Source: an uncultured bacterium
Lineage (GTDB): Bacteria; Omnitrophota; Gorgyraeia; Zapsychrales; Aceulaceae
Assembly (NCBI GenBank): GCA_937930175.1
Contig: CALGLP010000022.1
Location: forward strand, 66,585 to 130,584
Length of the DNA stretch: 64,000 bases
Direction of reading: 5' to 3'
Under the pieces are notes generated by a model. That model saw only the letters and a program-made list of their open reading frames with translations, ran no database searches and was not told the DNA's origin. This document shows positions 1 to 8,530 of this stretch, piece by piece. Position 1 is the stretch's first letter, and each line of letters opens with the position of its first letter. The translations under genes and the position numbers were made by a program.

Positions 1-68
1 TACGAGGTTCTTTTTTTAAAACGGGAACGGCAAGGACCTTTAAGTCTAGACGGTCTCAACGTGGGAGA

Positions 69-2051
69 ATGGCGACATTTAACCGAGCCAGAAGTGCAGA
101 ATATCAAGAACCTATGATTACGATTACGAATCTTTCAAAAAATTTTACCAATCGGACGCTTTTTGAAGGCGTTTCTTTAAGTGTTTATCGCAATGAGAAA
201 ATTGGGTTGGCTGGTCCTAATGGCGCTGGAAAGACAACGCTTTTTTCTATTATTCGCGGGGAGATGCAGTCAACGGCGGGAGAGGTCCAAATCCAAAAAG
301 GAATCAACATCGGCTATCTTCCCCAGGAAAGCTCTTTTCTTTCGCAGCGAACTGTGATGGATGAGCTGACCTCGGGTGATGATCGCATTGTTAAGCTCAA
401 GGAAGAAAAGCATAAGCTTGAAGATGAAAACAAAGCAGGCTCGATGCGTTATGGCGATGTGTTGGCTGAGCTTGAACATCTGGGGATTTATGAACTTGAG
501 CATCGGGCTGAAAAGATTTTAAGCGGGCTTGGGTTTCGTGAGCGTGATATTCATCGTCCGATTGCCCATTTAAGCGGTGGCTGGCAGATGCGCACGCTCT
601 TGGCCAAATTGCTCACGTATCAGTATGACCTTCTCTTGCTCGACGAACCTACCAATTATTTGGATTTGAACGCGACGTTGTGGCTGAAGGACTTTTTAGC
701 GGGTTATCAGGGCACGTTTATTATTATTTCGCATGATAAGATTTTTCTTGATGATGTTACCAACTATACGATTTTGCTTGAGAATAGCCGTATGGTGAAG
801 GTGAAGGGAAGCTATAGCCGTTATGAAGAACAAAAAGCCGTGGATAAGCTTTCGCTTGAAAAGCGTCAGAAAATTATTGAAAAAAAGAAAGAACAGCTCG
901 AGCGTTTTTGCGAGCGCTTCCACGCCCAGCCCAATCGTGCTGCGGCCGTACGCAATAAGCGTAAAATGATTGAGCGTATGGAGGATATTGAGATCCAGGG
1001 CCATCGGCGTAGCATGAAAGATTTTGAATTCCCTGAGACCGTGCGAAGCGGCCACCATGTTCTGACCCTCGAGAATATGTGCAAGTCTTACGGCCAAGTG
1101 AAGGTTTATGAGCATGCGCAGCTTGAAATCACGCGTGGACAAAGAATGTGCTTAGTCGGAGAAAATGGCGCTGGAAAATCAACACTTTTGAAAATTCTTG
1201 CTGGCGTTATTGACATGGATCAAGGGGTTCGGCGTCTAGGGCATAATGTGGATCTTGGATATTTTTCCCAAGCCCGTCTGGATGTCTTGAATCCTCAGAA
1301 AACAGTCTTAGAAGAGGTCTGTTCGGCTAAGCAAGGGGTCCGCGCACAAGACGCGCGTACGCTTTTAGGACTTTTTAATTTTCATGATGATGATGTTTTT
1401 AAGTCAATTAAGATCTTGTCTGGAGGAGAAAAGAGCCGTGTTATTTTAGCTAAGCTGTTGATCAATCCGCCCAATTTTATCCTGCTTGATGAGCCTACAA
1501 CGCATTTGGACATTGACGGGGTGGAAGCCCTAACGAATGCGTTTAAGAAATATGAAGGGACGCTGTGTTTTATTAGCCACGATTTGTTCTTTGTGAAAGA
1601 AATCGCCAATCATATTGTGGAAGTGGATACTGGAAAGCTGACGCATTATTACGGCAATTTGGATTATTATCTGGAGAAGCGTCAGGCCAAGGATACCCAG
1701 TATGCCCAAGAGCAGAAAATCCTTAAGCAGCGATTAAAAAAAGAAAAACAAGATGACAAAGAGAAGCAAGGGATAAATCCCGGCATTGAAAAACTTCATG
1801 AACAACATAAGGAAGCCTTGCGTACCATCGTTCAAAATAAAGATATTATTGGAAAGCTTGATCGTGAAAAGAAAGAATTAGAAACCGAGAGTTATGTCAA
1901 AGCGCGCGTTCTTTCAGGTTCAAGTGTTTCGCGCGACGAAAACACCCTTAAAGAGTATGGCCAGAGGCTCAAGTTTATCCAGCATCGTATTCGACAGATT
2001 GAAAGTGAAATCGACCGTTTGAGGGAGGAAAATCGGCAGATTAAGAAATAG
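69..2051 (+). CDS. ABC-F family ATPase (Uup/YheS/EttA-like): two tandem ABC domains plus a C-terminal K/E-rich coiled-coil extension
   Basis: Two Walker A motifs (GPNGAGKTT, GENGAGKSTL) and two ABC signature motifs (LSGGWQMR, LSGGEKSRV); no membrane domain; charged C-terminal tail typical of Uup-type ABC-F. Confidence 0.9.
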   Translation: MATFNRARSAEYQEPMITITNLSKNFTNRTLFEGVSLSVYRNEKIGLAGPNGAGKTTLFSIIRGEMQSTAGEVQIQKGINIGYLPQESSFLSQRTVMDELTSGDDRIVKLKEEKHKLEDENKAGSMRYGDVLAELEHLGIYELEHRAEKILSGLGFRERDIHRPIAHLSGGWQMRTLLAKLLTYQYDLLLLDEPTNYLDLNATLWLKDFLAGYQGTFIIISHDKIFLDDVTNYTILLENSRMVKVKGSYSRYEEQKAVDKLSLEKRQKIIEKKKEQLERFCERFHAQPNRAAAVRNKRKMIERMEDIEIQGHRRSMKDFEFPETVRSGHHVLTLENMCKSYGQVKVYEHAQLEITRGQRMCLVGENGAGKSTLLKILAGVIDMDQGVRRLGHNVDLGYFSQARLDVLNPQKTVLEEVCSAKQGVRAQDARTLLGLFNFHDDDVFKSIKILSGGEKSRVILAKLLINPPNFILLDEPTTHLDIDGVEALTNAFKKYEGTLCFISHDLFFVKEIANHIVEVDTGKLTHYYGNLDYYLEKRQAKDTQYAQEQKILKQRLKKEKQDDKEKQGINPGIEKLHEQHKEALRTIVQNKDIIGKLDREKKELETESYVKARVLSGSSVSRDENTLKEYGQRLKFIQHRIRQIESEIDRLREENRQIKK

Positions 2052-2056
2052 GGAAG

Positions 2057-2077
2057 CTCCGCCAAGAAATGGCGGAG
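2057..2077. repeat. Short GC hairpin CTCCGCCAAGA-aat-GGCGGAG just after the ABC-F stop; the same 11-mer arm and hairpin recur at 57648-57667
   Basis: 7-bp inverted repeat read directly. A near-identical copy lies upstream of radA. Possible terminator or REP-like element, but there is no following T-run. Confidence 0.35.
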
Positions 2078-2121
2078 TAAATTCAGCCAGAAAGTTTACG
2101 AGCGCTAAGGCTCCGTAAGCC

Positions 2122-2385
2122 ATGGCTTCATTTATGAGCAATCTTAAGCTTGACTTGCATAATATTTATAGCAATGACCGCGCTATCGAGCAGGCCTTGA
2201 CCTCGGTCATGCGCGAGGCGATTGAAAAGAAAGCTCGATGTGTGGAAATTATCCCTGGCAAGGGGTCGGGCCAGCTTAAAAAACATGTCTTGCGATTTTT
2301 AGAAAAAGGGTATAAAAAGAGTTATCACCGCATCGAGAAAGACGATAAGAATTTTGGGCGTATTTTTGTGCATTTTCGCTGGTAA
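2122..2385 (+). CDS. Smr (small MutS-related) domain protein
   Basis: LDLHN...(A)IEQAL....EAIEKKARCVEIIPGKGSG matches the Smr domain signature (LDLHG..v.eA...l.....G.G). Confidence 0.65.
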   Translation: MASFMSNLKLDLHNIYSNDRAIEQALTSVMREAIEKKARCVEIIPGKGSGQLKKHVLRFLEKGYKKSYHRIEKDDKNFGRIFVHFRW

Positions 2386-2399
2386 GGCAAGGGAGGCGT

Positions 2400-2774
2400 A
2401 TGAAAGAAATTCTTTTAATCGTTTTATGTTCCTGCTTCTTAGGTTGTAGCTTGTGTCATGTGAGTGAAATTAGAAAAATCCAGGCTGTCGGCGCTAGTGC
2501 GGACGAACAGCAGCGTTATGTGGCGCAAAAAAATAAAAAATTTGAAGAACTCCTCGCGGTCATTCAAGCTGACCAGATGTCTCGCTATACAACCCAACAA
2601 GATTTTTTAAAAGCTTTTGGTGAGCCTATTTTCGAAAAAACCCTTGAGAAGAATCAGGGGGCCGCCCAGATGTGGCTTTATCGCTATTGTGAAAAAATGC
2701 GTGGGTCTGAAAAGATGTATCTTTATTTTGATGCCTCAGGAAAGCTTTTGAAATGGGAATACTTGCCCCGTTAA
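2400..2774 (+). CDS. Putative lipoprotein (signal peptide with lipobox-like FLGC)
   Basis: N-terminal hydrophobic segment MKEILLIVLCSCFLGC followed by a hydrophilic domain; GGGAGG ribosome-binding site 6 nt upstream. Confidence 0.5.
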   Translation: MKEILLIVLCSCFLGCSLCHVSEIRKIQAVGASADEQQRYVAQKNKKFEELLAVIQADQMSRYTTQQDFLKAFGEPIFEKTLEKNQGAAQMWLYRYCEKMRGSEKMYLYFDASGKLLKWEYLPR

Positions 2775-3565
2775 AGAAAAGATACCATGGTTATGTCAGT
2801 CAGGGGGATAAGAGAACAGTTGTTTTACGCGGTCGCAATCGTTGCAATGGTGCTGCGGGATACGTTTCTCTAACGGGGCAAGCCTGCCGAGTCAAAGCAG
2901 CTAAGGCCTCATTGCTCAAAAAGATTTATAACGTTCTTTTGTGTTCGTTGGGGCCTCAGCATTGGTGGCCTGCGCAAACACCCTTTGAGGTCATGGTAGG
3001 CGCTATTTTAGTACAAAATACCAACTGGACAAATGTTGAGCGCGTTATTAGCCATCTGAAGGCAAGGCGCTTATTAACGGCAAAGAAGTTGAATGCCTTA
3101 GACGTGGAAAGGTTAGCTTTGCTTATTCGGCCCGCGGGTTATTTTAACGTCAAGGCCCAGAGGCTTAAACATTTTCTCACCTTTTTTTGTGATCACTATG
3201 ACGCCGATGTTCGCAGGATGAAGCTTCGCGATGGGGCGCAGTTGCGCCAAGAGCTCCTGGGCGTTCACGGCATTGGCCCTGAGACCGCGGATTCGATCCT
3301 GCTGTACGCCCTTGACAAACCGTTTTTTGTTATCGATAATTATACTCAGCGCATTTTTGCGCGGCATAAAATTCTCAATCACGATACATGTTATCAGGAC
3401 GCGCAGCAATTTTTTCATCGTCATCTGTCCCGCGATGTTAAGGTGTACAATGAATATCATGCGCTGTTGGTCAGGCTGGCTAAGGATTTTTGCCGGAAAA
3501 AACCCTTGTGCGTCCAATGCCCTTTGCAAAGTTTGCCAAAGACAAGGTGCGTCAATAATAATTAA
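2753..3565 (+). CDS. HhH-GPD superfamily base-excision DNA glycosylase (endonuclease III-like); start uncertain (ATG 2753 overlaps the upstream gene by 22 nt; a TTG near 2918 is possible)
   Basis: Helix-hairpin-helix LLGVHGIGPETADSILLYAL followed by the catalytic D (...LDKPFFVIDNYTQRI); C-terminal Cys cluster C-x5-C-x2-C-x9-C resembles the endonuclease III [4Fe-4S] loop. Confidence 0.75.
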   Translation: MGILAPLKKRYHGYVSQGDKRTVVLRGRNRCNGAAGYVSLTGQACRVKAAKASLLKKIYNVLLCSLGPQHWWPAQTPFEVMVGAILVQNTNWTNVERVISHLKARRLLTAKKLNALDVERLALLIRPAGYFNVKAQRLKHFLTFFCDHYDADVRRMKLRDGAQLRQELLGVHGIGPETADSILLYALDKPFFVIDNYTQRIFARHKILNHDTCYQDAQQFFHRHLSRDVKVYNEYHALLVRLAKDFCRKKPLCVQCPLQSLPKTRCVNNN

Positions 3566-3595
3566 CAAGAGGGGATTGAAAGAAAGGAGGCCGGG

Positions 3596-4222
3596 ATGAT
3601 GTATCGTAACATTTCTTTTAACAAGGTTTTGTTTTTTGTGCTCTTAGCTTTCTTTTTTGTTAAGACTCTCGCCCTTGCGCAAGAGGATGCCACGATTGCA
3701 GGCCTTAAGGGACAGATCGAGGCTTTGCAGAAGAGGGTGGAGGAGCTGGAGGCGCAGAAGCGTGCGGACCAGGCTGTTTTGCCGCAGGGACAAGGGGTTC
3801 CTTCGGCCGCAGCATGGGATCCTTTTGATGAAATCAAGCGCATGCAGGATGAAATGAACCTCATGTTTCAGGGCGCCATGGGTCGCTCAGGTGGTCGTCG
3901 GGGAATTTTTAGTAGTGATATGAGTTTTGAAGAGCAGCTTGATCTTAAAGAGACCGATCAGGGATATGAAATTGTTTTTGATATGAAGGGGTTGGATAAA
4001 AATAAGATTGATGTCCAGGTGGATGCTCATTCCGTAACGGTTAAGGGCGAATCCGTGCGGCAAGAAGAACAGAAAACCCCGCAACAGTATTATCAGGCGC
4101 ATAGCGTTGGTTCGTTTATGAAAACGATCCCGCTGCCTATGGATGCGGATACCTCCAAGGTTAAAACTGAAAAACAAGGAGAGAGTCTTGTTATCCGATT
4201 GCCTAAGAAAACTAATAAGTAG
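3596..4222 (+). CDS. Hsp20/alpha-crystallin family small heat-shock protein with N-terminal signal peptide and coiled-coil linker
   Basis: Cleavable-looking signal peptide MMYRNISFNKVLFFVLLAFFFVKTLALA|QE; alpha-crystallin core (YEIVFDMKGLDKNKIDVQVDAHSVTVKGE...GSFMKTIPLP); strong AGGAGG ribosome-binding site. Confidence 0.75.
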   Translation: MMYRNISFNKVLFFVLLAFFFVKTLALAQEDATIAGLKGQIEALQKRVEELEAQKRADQAVLPQGQGVPSAAAWDPFDEIKRMQDEMNLMFQGAMGRSGGRRGIFSSDMSFEEQLDLKETDQGYEIVFDMKGLDKNKIDVQVDAHSVTVKGESVRQEEQKTPQQYYQAHSVGSFMKTIPLPMDADTSKVKTEKQGESLVIRLPKKTNK

Positions 4223-5246
4223 GATAGCCTTTATTTTTCTATTACTGGTTTCAGGGCCTGAGGCTGCTCAGAGCGTCTTGCAACCCGAAGAACAAGCTAC
4301 AATTGAGATTTTTGAGCGTGTTTCACCGTCGGTTGCGTTTATCAAGAACGCGTCGCTGCAGTGGGATTGGTTTTCAACGTATATCTATGAGATTCCCCAG
4401 GGCGCGGGGTCGGGATTCGTCTGGGATACCCAGGGGCACATTGTCACAAATTTTCATGTCGTGTGCCAAGCGGACAAGATCGAAGTGGTTTTATCCAAGC
4501 AGCAATCGTATGAAGCGCAGGTTATTGGTATTTCGCCAGAGCACGATCTGGCGGTTTTGGAGATTAAAGCTCCGGAAGAGGTGCTTAAGCCCATTCCGTT
4601 GGGCCATTCAAACACCTTGAAGGTAGGGCAAAAGGTGGTCTCGATTGGCAATCCTTTTGGTCTGGATTATTCGTTGACAACGGGAGTCGTGAGCGCCTTG
4701 GGTCGAACCATGCGTTCGATTGGTGGCAAAAAGATACAGGATGTGATTCAAACCGATGCCGCCATTAATCCAGGGAATTCCGGAGGGCCTTTGTTGGATT
4801 CTTCAGGAAAACTGATTGGGGTTTCGACGATGATCTATAGCCCGTCCGGGGCTTCGGCGGGGATCGGCTTTGCGATTCCAGTTGATACTGTTCAGAAAAT
4901 TGTTCCGCAGCTAATTGCCCACGGTGTTATCAAAAAGGTCGGATTAGGGATTGTCCTGGTCCCGGATCATATCCGTGAGCGCCTGGGGCTTCAGGGGGCG
5001 CTGATCTTGGAGGTGCCTCGAGGGTCGGCAGCTGATCGATCGGGATTAAGAGGCACGCGTAGAAATTCTTTGGGGGATGTGATTTATGGTGATATGATTA
5101 CAGCTATTGATGATGTTTTGATCGAAGACAACGAGAGCCTCATGGCAGTTTTTGACAATAAAAAAGCTCAGGATAAGGCTGATGTCCGTTTTTTGCGGGA
5201 TGGCAAAGAATACGGAACAACCGTGATCCTGCAAGAATTACGTTAA
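4143..5246 (+). CDS. htrA: HtrA/DegP/DegQ-family periplasmic serine protease (trypsin-like domain plus PDZ); true start may be TTG 4188
   Basis: Catalytic-triad motifs TNFHVV (His), GNSGGPL (Ser) and DAAINPGNSGGP; C-terminal PDZ-like region; signal-like N-terminus IAFIFLLLVSGPEAAQS. Confidence 0.9.
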   Translation: MRIPPRLKLKNKERVLLSDCLRKLISRIAFIFLLLVSGPEAAQSVLQPEEQATIEIFERVSPSVAFIKNASLQWDWFSTYIYEIPQGAGSGFVWDTQGHIVTNFHVVCQADKIEVVLSKQQSYEAQVIGISPEHDLAVLEIKAPEEVLKPIPLGHSNTLKVGQKVVSIGNPFGLDYSLTTGVVSALGRTMRSIGGKKIQDVIQTDAAINPGNSGGPLLDSSGKLIGVSTMIYSPSGASAGIGFAIPVDTVQKIVPQLIAHGVIKKVGLGIVLVPDHIRERLGLQGALILEVPRGSAADRSGLRGTRRNSLGDVIYGDMITAIDDVLIEDNESLMAVFDNKKAQDKADVRFLRDGKEYGTTVILQELR

Positions 5247-5285
5247 GATGTTTATTCATCAATCACTATAAAAAAGGGAGGGAAT

Positions 5286-5441
5286 ATGAAGTGTCCGATA
5301 ATGAGCGGTTACAGTTGTGATCCGTTTTCGGCGATGCTTGCACTTAAGATGTTTATCGCGATATGGGTTGCCGTTGTTCCTTTGATGTTTTTAAAGCGTT
5401 TAGATAAGTTGTTGAAGATTTTGGAAGATAAAAAGAAATAG
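5286..5441 (+). CDS. Small (51-aa) hydrophobic protein MKCPIMSGYSCDPFSAMLALKMFIAIWVAVVPLMFLKRLDKLLKILEDKKK; not in the ORF track
   Basis: ATG 5286 is preceded by a strong ribosome-binding site (AAGGGAGGGAAT); one predicted membrane helix; ends 15 nt before the dinB ATG. Confidence 0.45.
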   Translation: MKCPIMSGYSCDPFSAMLALKMFIAIWVAVVPLMFLKRLDKLLKILEDKKK

Positions 5442-5456
5442 TCGACAGCTTTTGCC

Positions 5457-6617
5457 ATGACAGAGAAAATTATTGCCCATGTGGACATGGATGCTTTTTT
5501 TGCTTCCATTGAACAGCGGGACAATCCCTTGCTTATGGGCAAACCTGTTATTGTGGGAGCTGATCCTAAAGAAGGTCGTGGTCGTGGCGTGGTGTCCACC
5601 TGCTCCTACGAAGCTCGTCGTTATGGCATTCATTCCGCGATGCCGATTTCAGAGGCCTATCGCAAATGCCCCCAGGCTGCCTTTCTTCCTGTGCGGATGG
5701 CGCATTATGGAGACGTGTCGCATCACATTTTTCTTTTGCTCAATCAATTCACACCGGATGTTGAACCTGTAAGCGTTGATGAGGCTTTTTTAGATTTAAG
5801 CGGGACAACCATGTTGCACGGCACACCTCTTGAGGCAGCGGCTAAGATTAAGCAACGGATTCATGACGAATTACATTTAACGGCCTCCATTGGGATTGCG
5901 TCCGTTAAGATGGTCGCGAAGATTGCCTCAGATCTTTGCAAACCTGACGGGCTTCTTGAGGTTAAAAAAGAGAATGTCCTGAGTTTTTTATGGCCTTTGG
6001 ATGTCGGTAAACTTTGGGGCGTGGGGCCGAAAACAAAATCTTTTCTAAATGAGCAAAAGATTTTTACGATCGGAGATTTGGCGAAAATAGATCAGGGCAA
6101 GCTTTATGATATGTTCGGCGAGCATGGATTGAATCTTTATGCGCTTTCGCATGGGATTGATGAGCGCGTGATCGAGGAAGGACAGGAAGCACAAAGTGTT
6201 AGCCATGAACATACCTTTGAGCGCGATACCGCGGATCGCGCAATGCTTCTTAAGGTTTTGCTTATGTTAAGTGAGAAGGTGTCGCGGCGGCTGCGGCTGG
6301 ATGATTTTAAGGGGCGCACGATTAGCATTAAAGTTCGGCTGGAAGGTTTTAAGACGTATACCCGTGCCGTCACGCTGCCAGAGTCAACGAATTTTGTGGA
6401 TGACATTTTTATGCATGTAAAAATGCTTTTCGAGAATCTTTATATTTGTGGTTCAAAGGTACGTCTTTTGGGCGTTCGGGTTTCTGGTTTTGGGAACCAG
6501 TATATGCAGGAGAGCTTGTTTGAGGATAAGAAAAAAGATAAAAAGGAGCAGGTTCATAAGGCGGTGGATTTGATCAAAGATAAATTTGGGGAGACGTCGA
6601 TTCATCGCGCGAGTTAA
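5457..6617 (+). CDS. dinB: DNA polymerase IV (Y-family translesion polymerase)
   Basis: N-terminus IAHVDMDAFFASIEQRDNP...PVIVGA, SxCSYEAR.YGI and the little-finger region match DinB/UmuC family hallmarks. Confidence 0.9.
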   Translation: MTEKIIAHVDMDAFFASIEQRDNPLLMGKPVIVGADPKEGRGRGVVSTCSYEARRYGIHSAMPISEAYRKCPQAAFLPVRMAHYGDVSHHIFLLLNQFTPDVEPVSVDEAFLDLSGTTMLHGTPLEAAAKIKQRIHDELHLTASIGIASVKMVAKIASDLCKPDGLLEVKKENVLSFLWPLDVGKLWGVGPKTKSFLNEQKIFTIGDLAKIDQGKLYDMFGEHGLNLYALSHGIDERVIEEGQEAQSVSHEHTFERDTADRAMLLKVLLMLSEKVSRRLRLDDFKGRTISIKVRLEGFKTYTRAVTLPESTNFVDDIFMHVKMLFENLYICGSKVRLLGVRVSGFGNQYMQESLFEDKKKDKKEQVHKAVDLIKDKFGETSIHRAS

Positions 6618-6629
6618 ATGCCCTTGAAA

Positions 6630-6744
6630 GGATTCTTAGTCTTGTCCTTGCGCGAGCTCTGCAGGCCTCAGATTTTATTAAATATTACTTTGCAGAACCT
6701 CTGAGGCCGAAGCCTGTTTGAGCGAAGGGCAAGACTAAGAATCC
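6630..6744. repeat. Copy 1 of a paralogous ~100-115-nt imperfect-hairpin element; ends are GGATTCTTAGTCTTG / CAAGACTAAGAATCC (15-bp inverted repeat) with an inner GCCTCAG/CTGAGGC stem
   Basis: Inverted repeats read directly. Colinear homology to 23842-23940, with compensatory changes in the outer stem (see findings). Confidence 0.5.
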
Positions 6745-7049
6745 TCTGAAGAAGCTTAAGTCTGTTGCAGGATATAAAAGATTGTTTTGACCATTCCAGG
6801 AACGCTCGCTTTTCCCCAGCGTGGAAAAGCTCGCTCGGCGTTTCGGTTTCGCTTTGTTGCCAGCAGCGAAACCTGGTTCGATTTCCACTAACGATATTTT
6901 TAGGAGAATCGAGCCATTTCAGCTTCATCTAAATTAAAACTAGGAAAACTGAAAAGGACAACGTCCTGTTTGGATCAAAACAATCTTTATTCGCCTAAGC
7001 GCTTTAAAATTCTTTGCAAAAAGGGGTTGTTGGCGATACTATATAAAGG

Positions 7050-7430
7050 ATGAAGAACATCGTGATTGACATCGATAACCTGCAGATTCGTGCTAAGCTC
7101 AACGGATCGCAAACCGCGGGGCAAGTCTGGGATGCCTTACCTATCACATCCTTCACAAGTCTTTGGGGCGATGAGGTGTATTTTCAGATTCCTGTGAAGG
7201 CCGAGATTGAGAAAGGATTCTCGTCTGAAACGGCCGAAATCGGGGATTTAGGTTATTGGCCCGAGGGGCAATGTTTTTGTATTTTTTTTGGGCCAACGCC
7301 GGTGAGTAAGCCAGGAGAAATTCGTCCAGCCAGCGCGGTCAATCTGATTGGTAAAATGGAAACTGATTGGCAGGCCTTAAAAACAGTACGTGAGAATCAA
7401 AAAGTAATAATGAAGGAAGATAAGGGTTAG
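7050..7430 (+). CDS. Conserved hypothetical protein (no confident family assignment; possibly a cyclophilin-like fold)
   Basis: 126-aa ORF with good coding appearance, tightly followed by rmuC; no recognisable catalytic motif. Confidence 0.4.
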   Translation: MKNIVIDIDNLQIRAKLNGSQTAGQVWDALPITSFTSLWGDEVYFQIPVKAEIEKGFSSETAEIGDLGYWPEGQCFCIFFGPTPVSKPGEIRPASAVNLIGKMETDWQALKTVRENQKVIMKEDKG

Positions 7431-7433
7431 GAT

Positions 7434-8510
7434 ATGAGTATTTCTTTAGGGGTTTTCTTAGGCGCTATCGTGGCCTTTGGCCTTTTTTTGGGCGTGGCGA
7501 TTTTTCTTCTCAAAGAAATTGTGCGTAAGGAAGTCCGTCAGGAATTCGAGTTTTCTAGGACGCAAATGCAGGAAAAGTCTGTGGCGGAGCTTGCGCGGCA
7601 AAAGGATGCGGTTCAGAATTCTGTCCAGAGCCTTAAACAAGACATTGAGCGCTACGGTCGGCTTGTTCATGATTTTGAAAAAGACCGTGATACCAAATAT
7701 GGCCATTTGGCTAATGAATTAAAAACAGCATCCCAGGCCACGAGCAAGTTGCAAGAAACAACCAGTCATTTGACGAGTATTCTTGCGAATGTCAAAAAGC
7801 GTGGCGAATGGGGCGAACGTATGGCGGAAGATATTATTCAGCTTTGCGGGCTTAAAGAAGGCATCAATTATCGTAAACAAAAGCAAGGGGAGGCCGGCTC
7901 GAAGCCGGATTATACCTTCCTTTTGCCCGATGACCATATCGTTAACATGGATGTGAAATTTCCTTTGAATAATTATCTCAATATGGTTAATGCGGCGGAA
8001 ATCGCGCAGAAGGATATGTTTTTAAAGCAATTCTCAGGGGATGTCCGTCGTCGTATCAAAGAAATCCAGAACCGGGATTATATTAGCCCGGCGGATGGTA
8101 CGCTCGATTTTGTTCTTTTGTTTATTCCTAATGAACAAGTTTTCGGTTTTATTCAAGAGACGGATGCGGGGGTCATGGATGAGGCTTTAAAGCAAAAGGT
8201 TGTCCTGTGCTCGCCGTTTACACTCTATGCGACTTTAAGCATTATTCGTCAGGCCTTTGATAATTTTCATTATGAAAAAGCGACTAAAGAGATCGTCAAA
8301 ACCATTGAGATGTTCTCGCGCACCTATGATATTTTTAAGGAGCGTTTTATGAAGCTTGAAGATACAATCAATATTGTCTCAGCGAAATATCATGAGATTC
8401 AAAGCACAAGCTTTAAAGAGCTTGATACAAAGATTCGCAAGATCCAAGATCTCAAAAAAGGGCAGGGGGTTAGCCTCCCTGAAGACAAGGACCTCTTGTC
8501 TTCAGGATAA
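7434..8510 (+). CDS. rmuC: DNA recombination protein RmuC
   Basis: N-terminal transmembrane helix, long coiled coil, then C-terminal RmuC core (GSKPDYTFLLPDDHIVNMDVKFPLNNY...DFVLLFIPNEQVF). Confidence 0.8.
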   Translation: MSISLGVFLGAIVAFGLFLGVAIFLLKEIVRKEVRQEFEFSRTQMQEKSVAELARQKDAVQNSVQSLKQDIERYGRLVHDFEKDRDTKYGHLANELKTASQATSKLQETTSHLTSILANVKKRGEWGERMAEDIIQLCGLKEGINYRKQKQGEAGSKPDYTFLLPDDHIVNMDVKFPLNNYLNMVNAAEIAQKDMFLKQFSGDVRRRIKEIQNRDYISPADGTLDFVLLFIPNEQVFGFIQETDAGVMDEALKQKVVLCSPFTLYATLSIIRQAFDNFHYEKATKEIVKTIEMFSRTYDIFKERFMKLEDTINIVSAKYHEIQSTSFKELDTKIRKIQDLKKGQGVSLPEDKDLLSSG

Positions 8511-8530
8511 GCTTTATCGGGAGTTAAGTG

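Noticed and set aside
696-1142. Minus-strand ORFs (696-1142, 866-1084, 270-503, 1382-1609) overlapping the ABC-F gene
   Set aside because: Shadow ORFs fully inside a well-supported + strand gene with clear ABC motifs; no start-site signals and no recognisable protein features.
3113-3864. ORFs 3113-3568(-), 3231-3599(+), 3562-3864(-) and 3657-3857(+) around the endonuclease III-like and sHsp genes
   Set aside because: Alternative-frame or antisense overlaps of genes with clear family signatures; arginine- and cysteine-rich compositions typical of out-of-frame translation of GC-richer coding DNA.
6870-6893. tRNA/tmRNA-like T-arm string GGTTCGATTTCC at about 6870-6881
   Set aside because: No complementary acceptor stem, no anticodon arm and no CCA-proximal sequence could be folded around it; the motif is probably part of the repeat module rather than a tRNA or tmRNA.
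6668-6928. Minus-strand ORFs 6668-6928 and 6685-6888 in the dinB downstream gap; ORF 23621-23830(+) after the giant gene
   Set aside because: They lie entirely within the hairpin/repeat elements described above and have no ribosome-binding sites and an odd composition; these regions are interpreted as non-coding.
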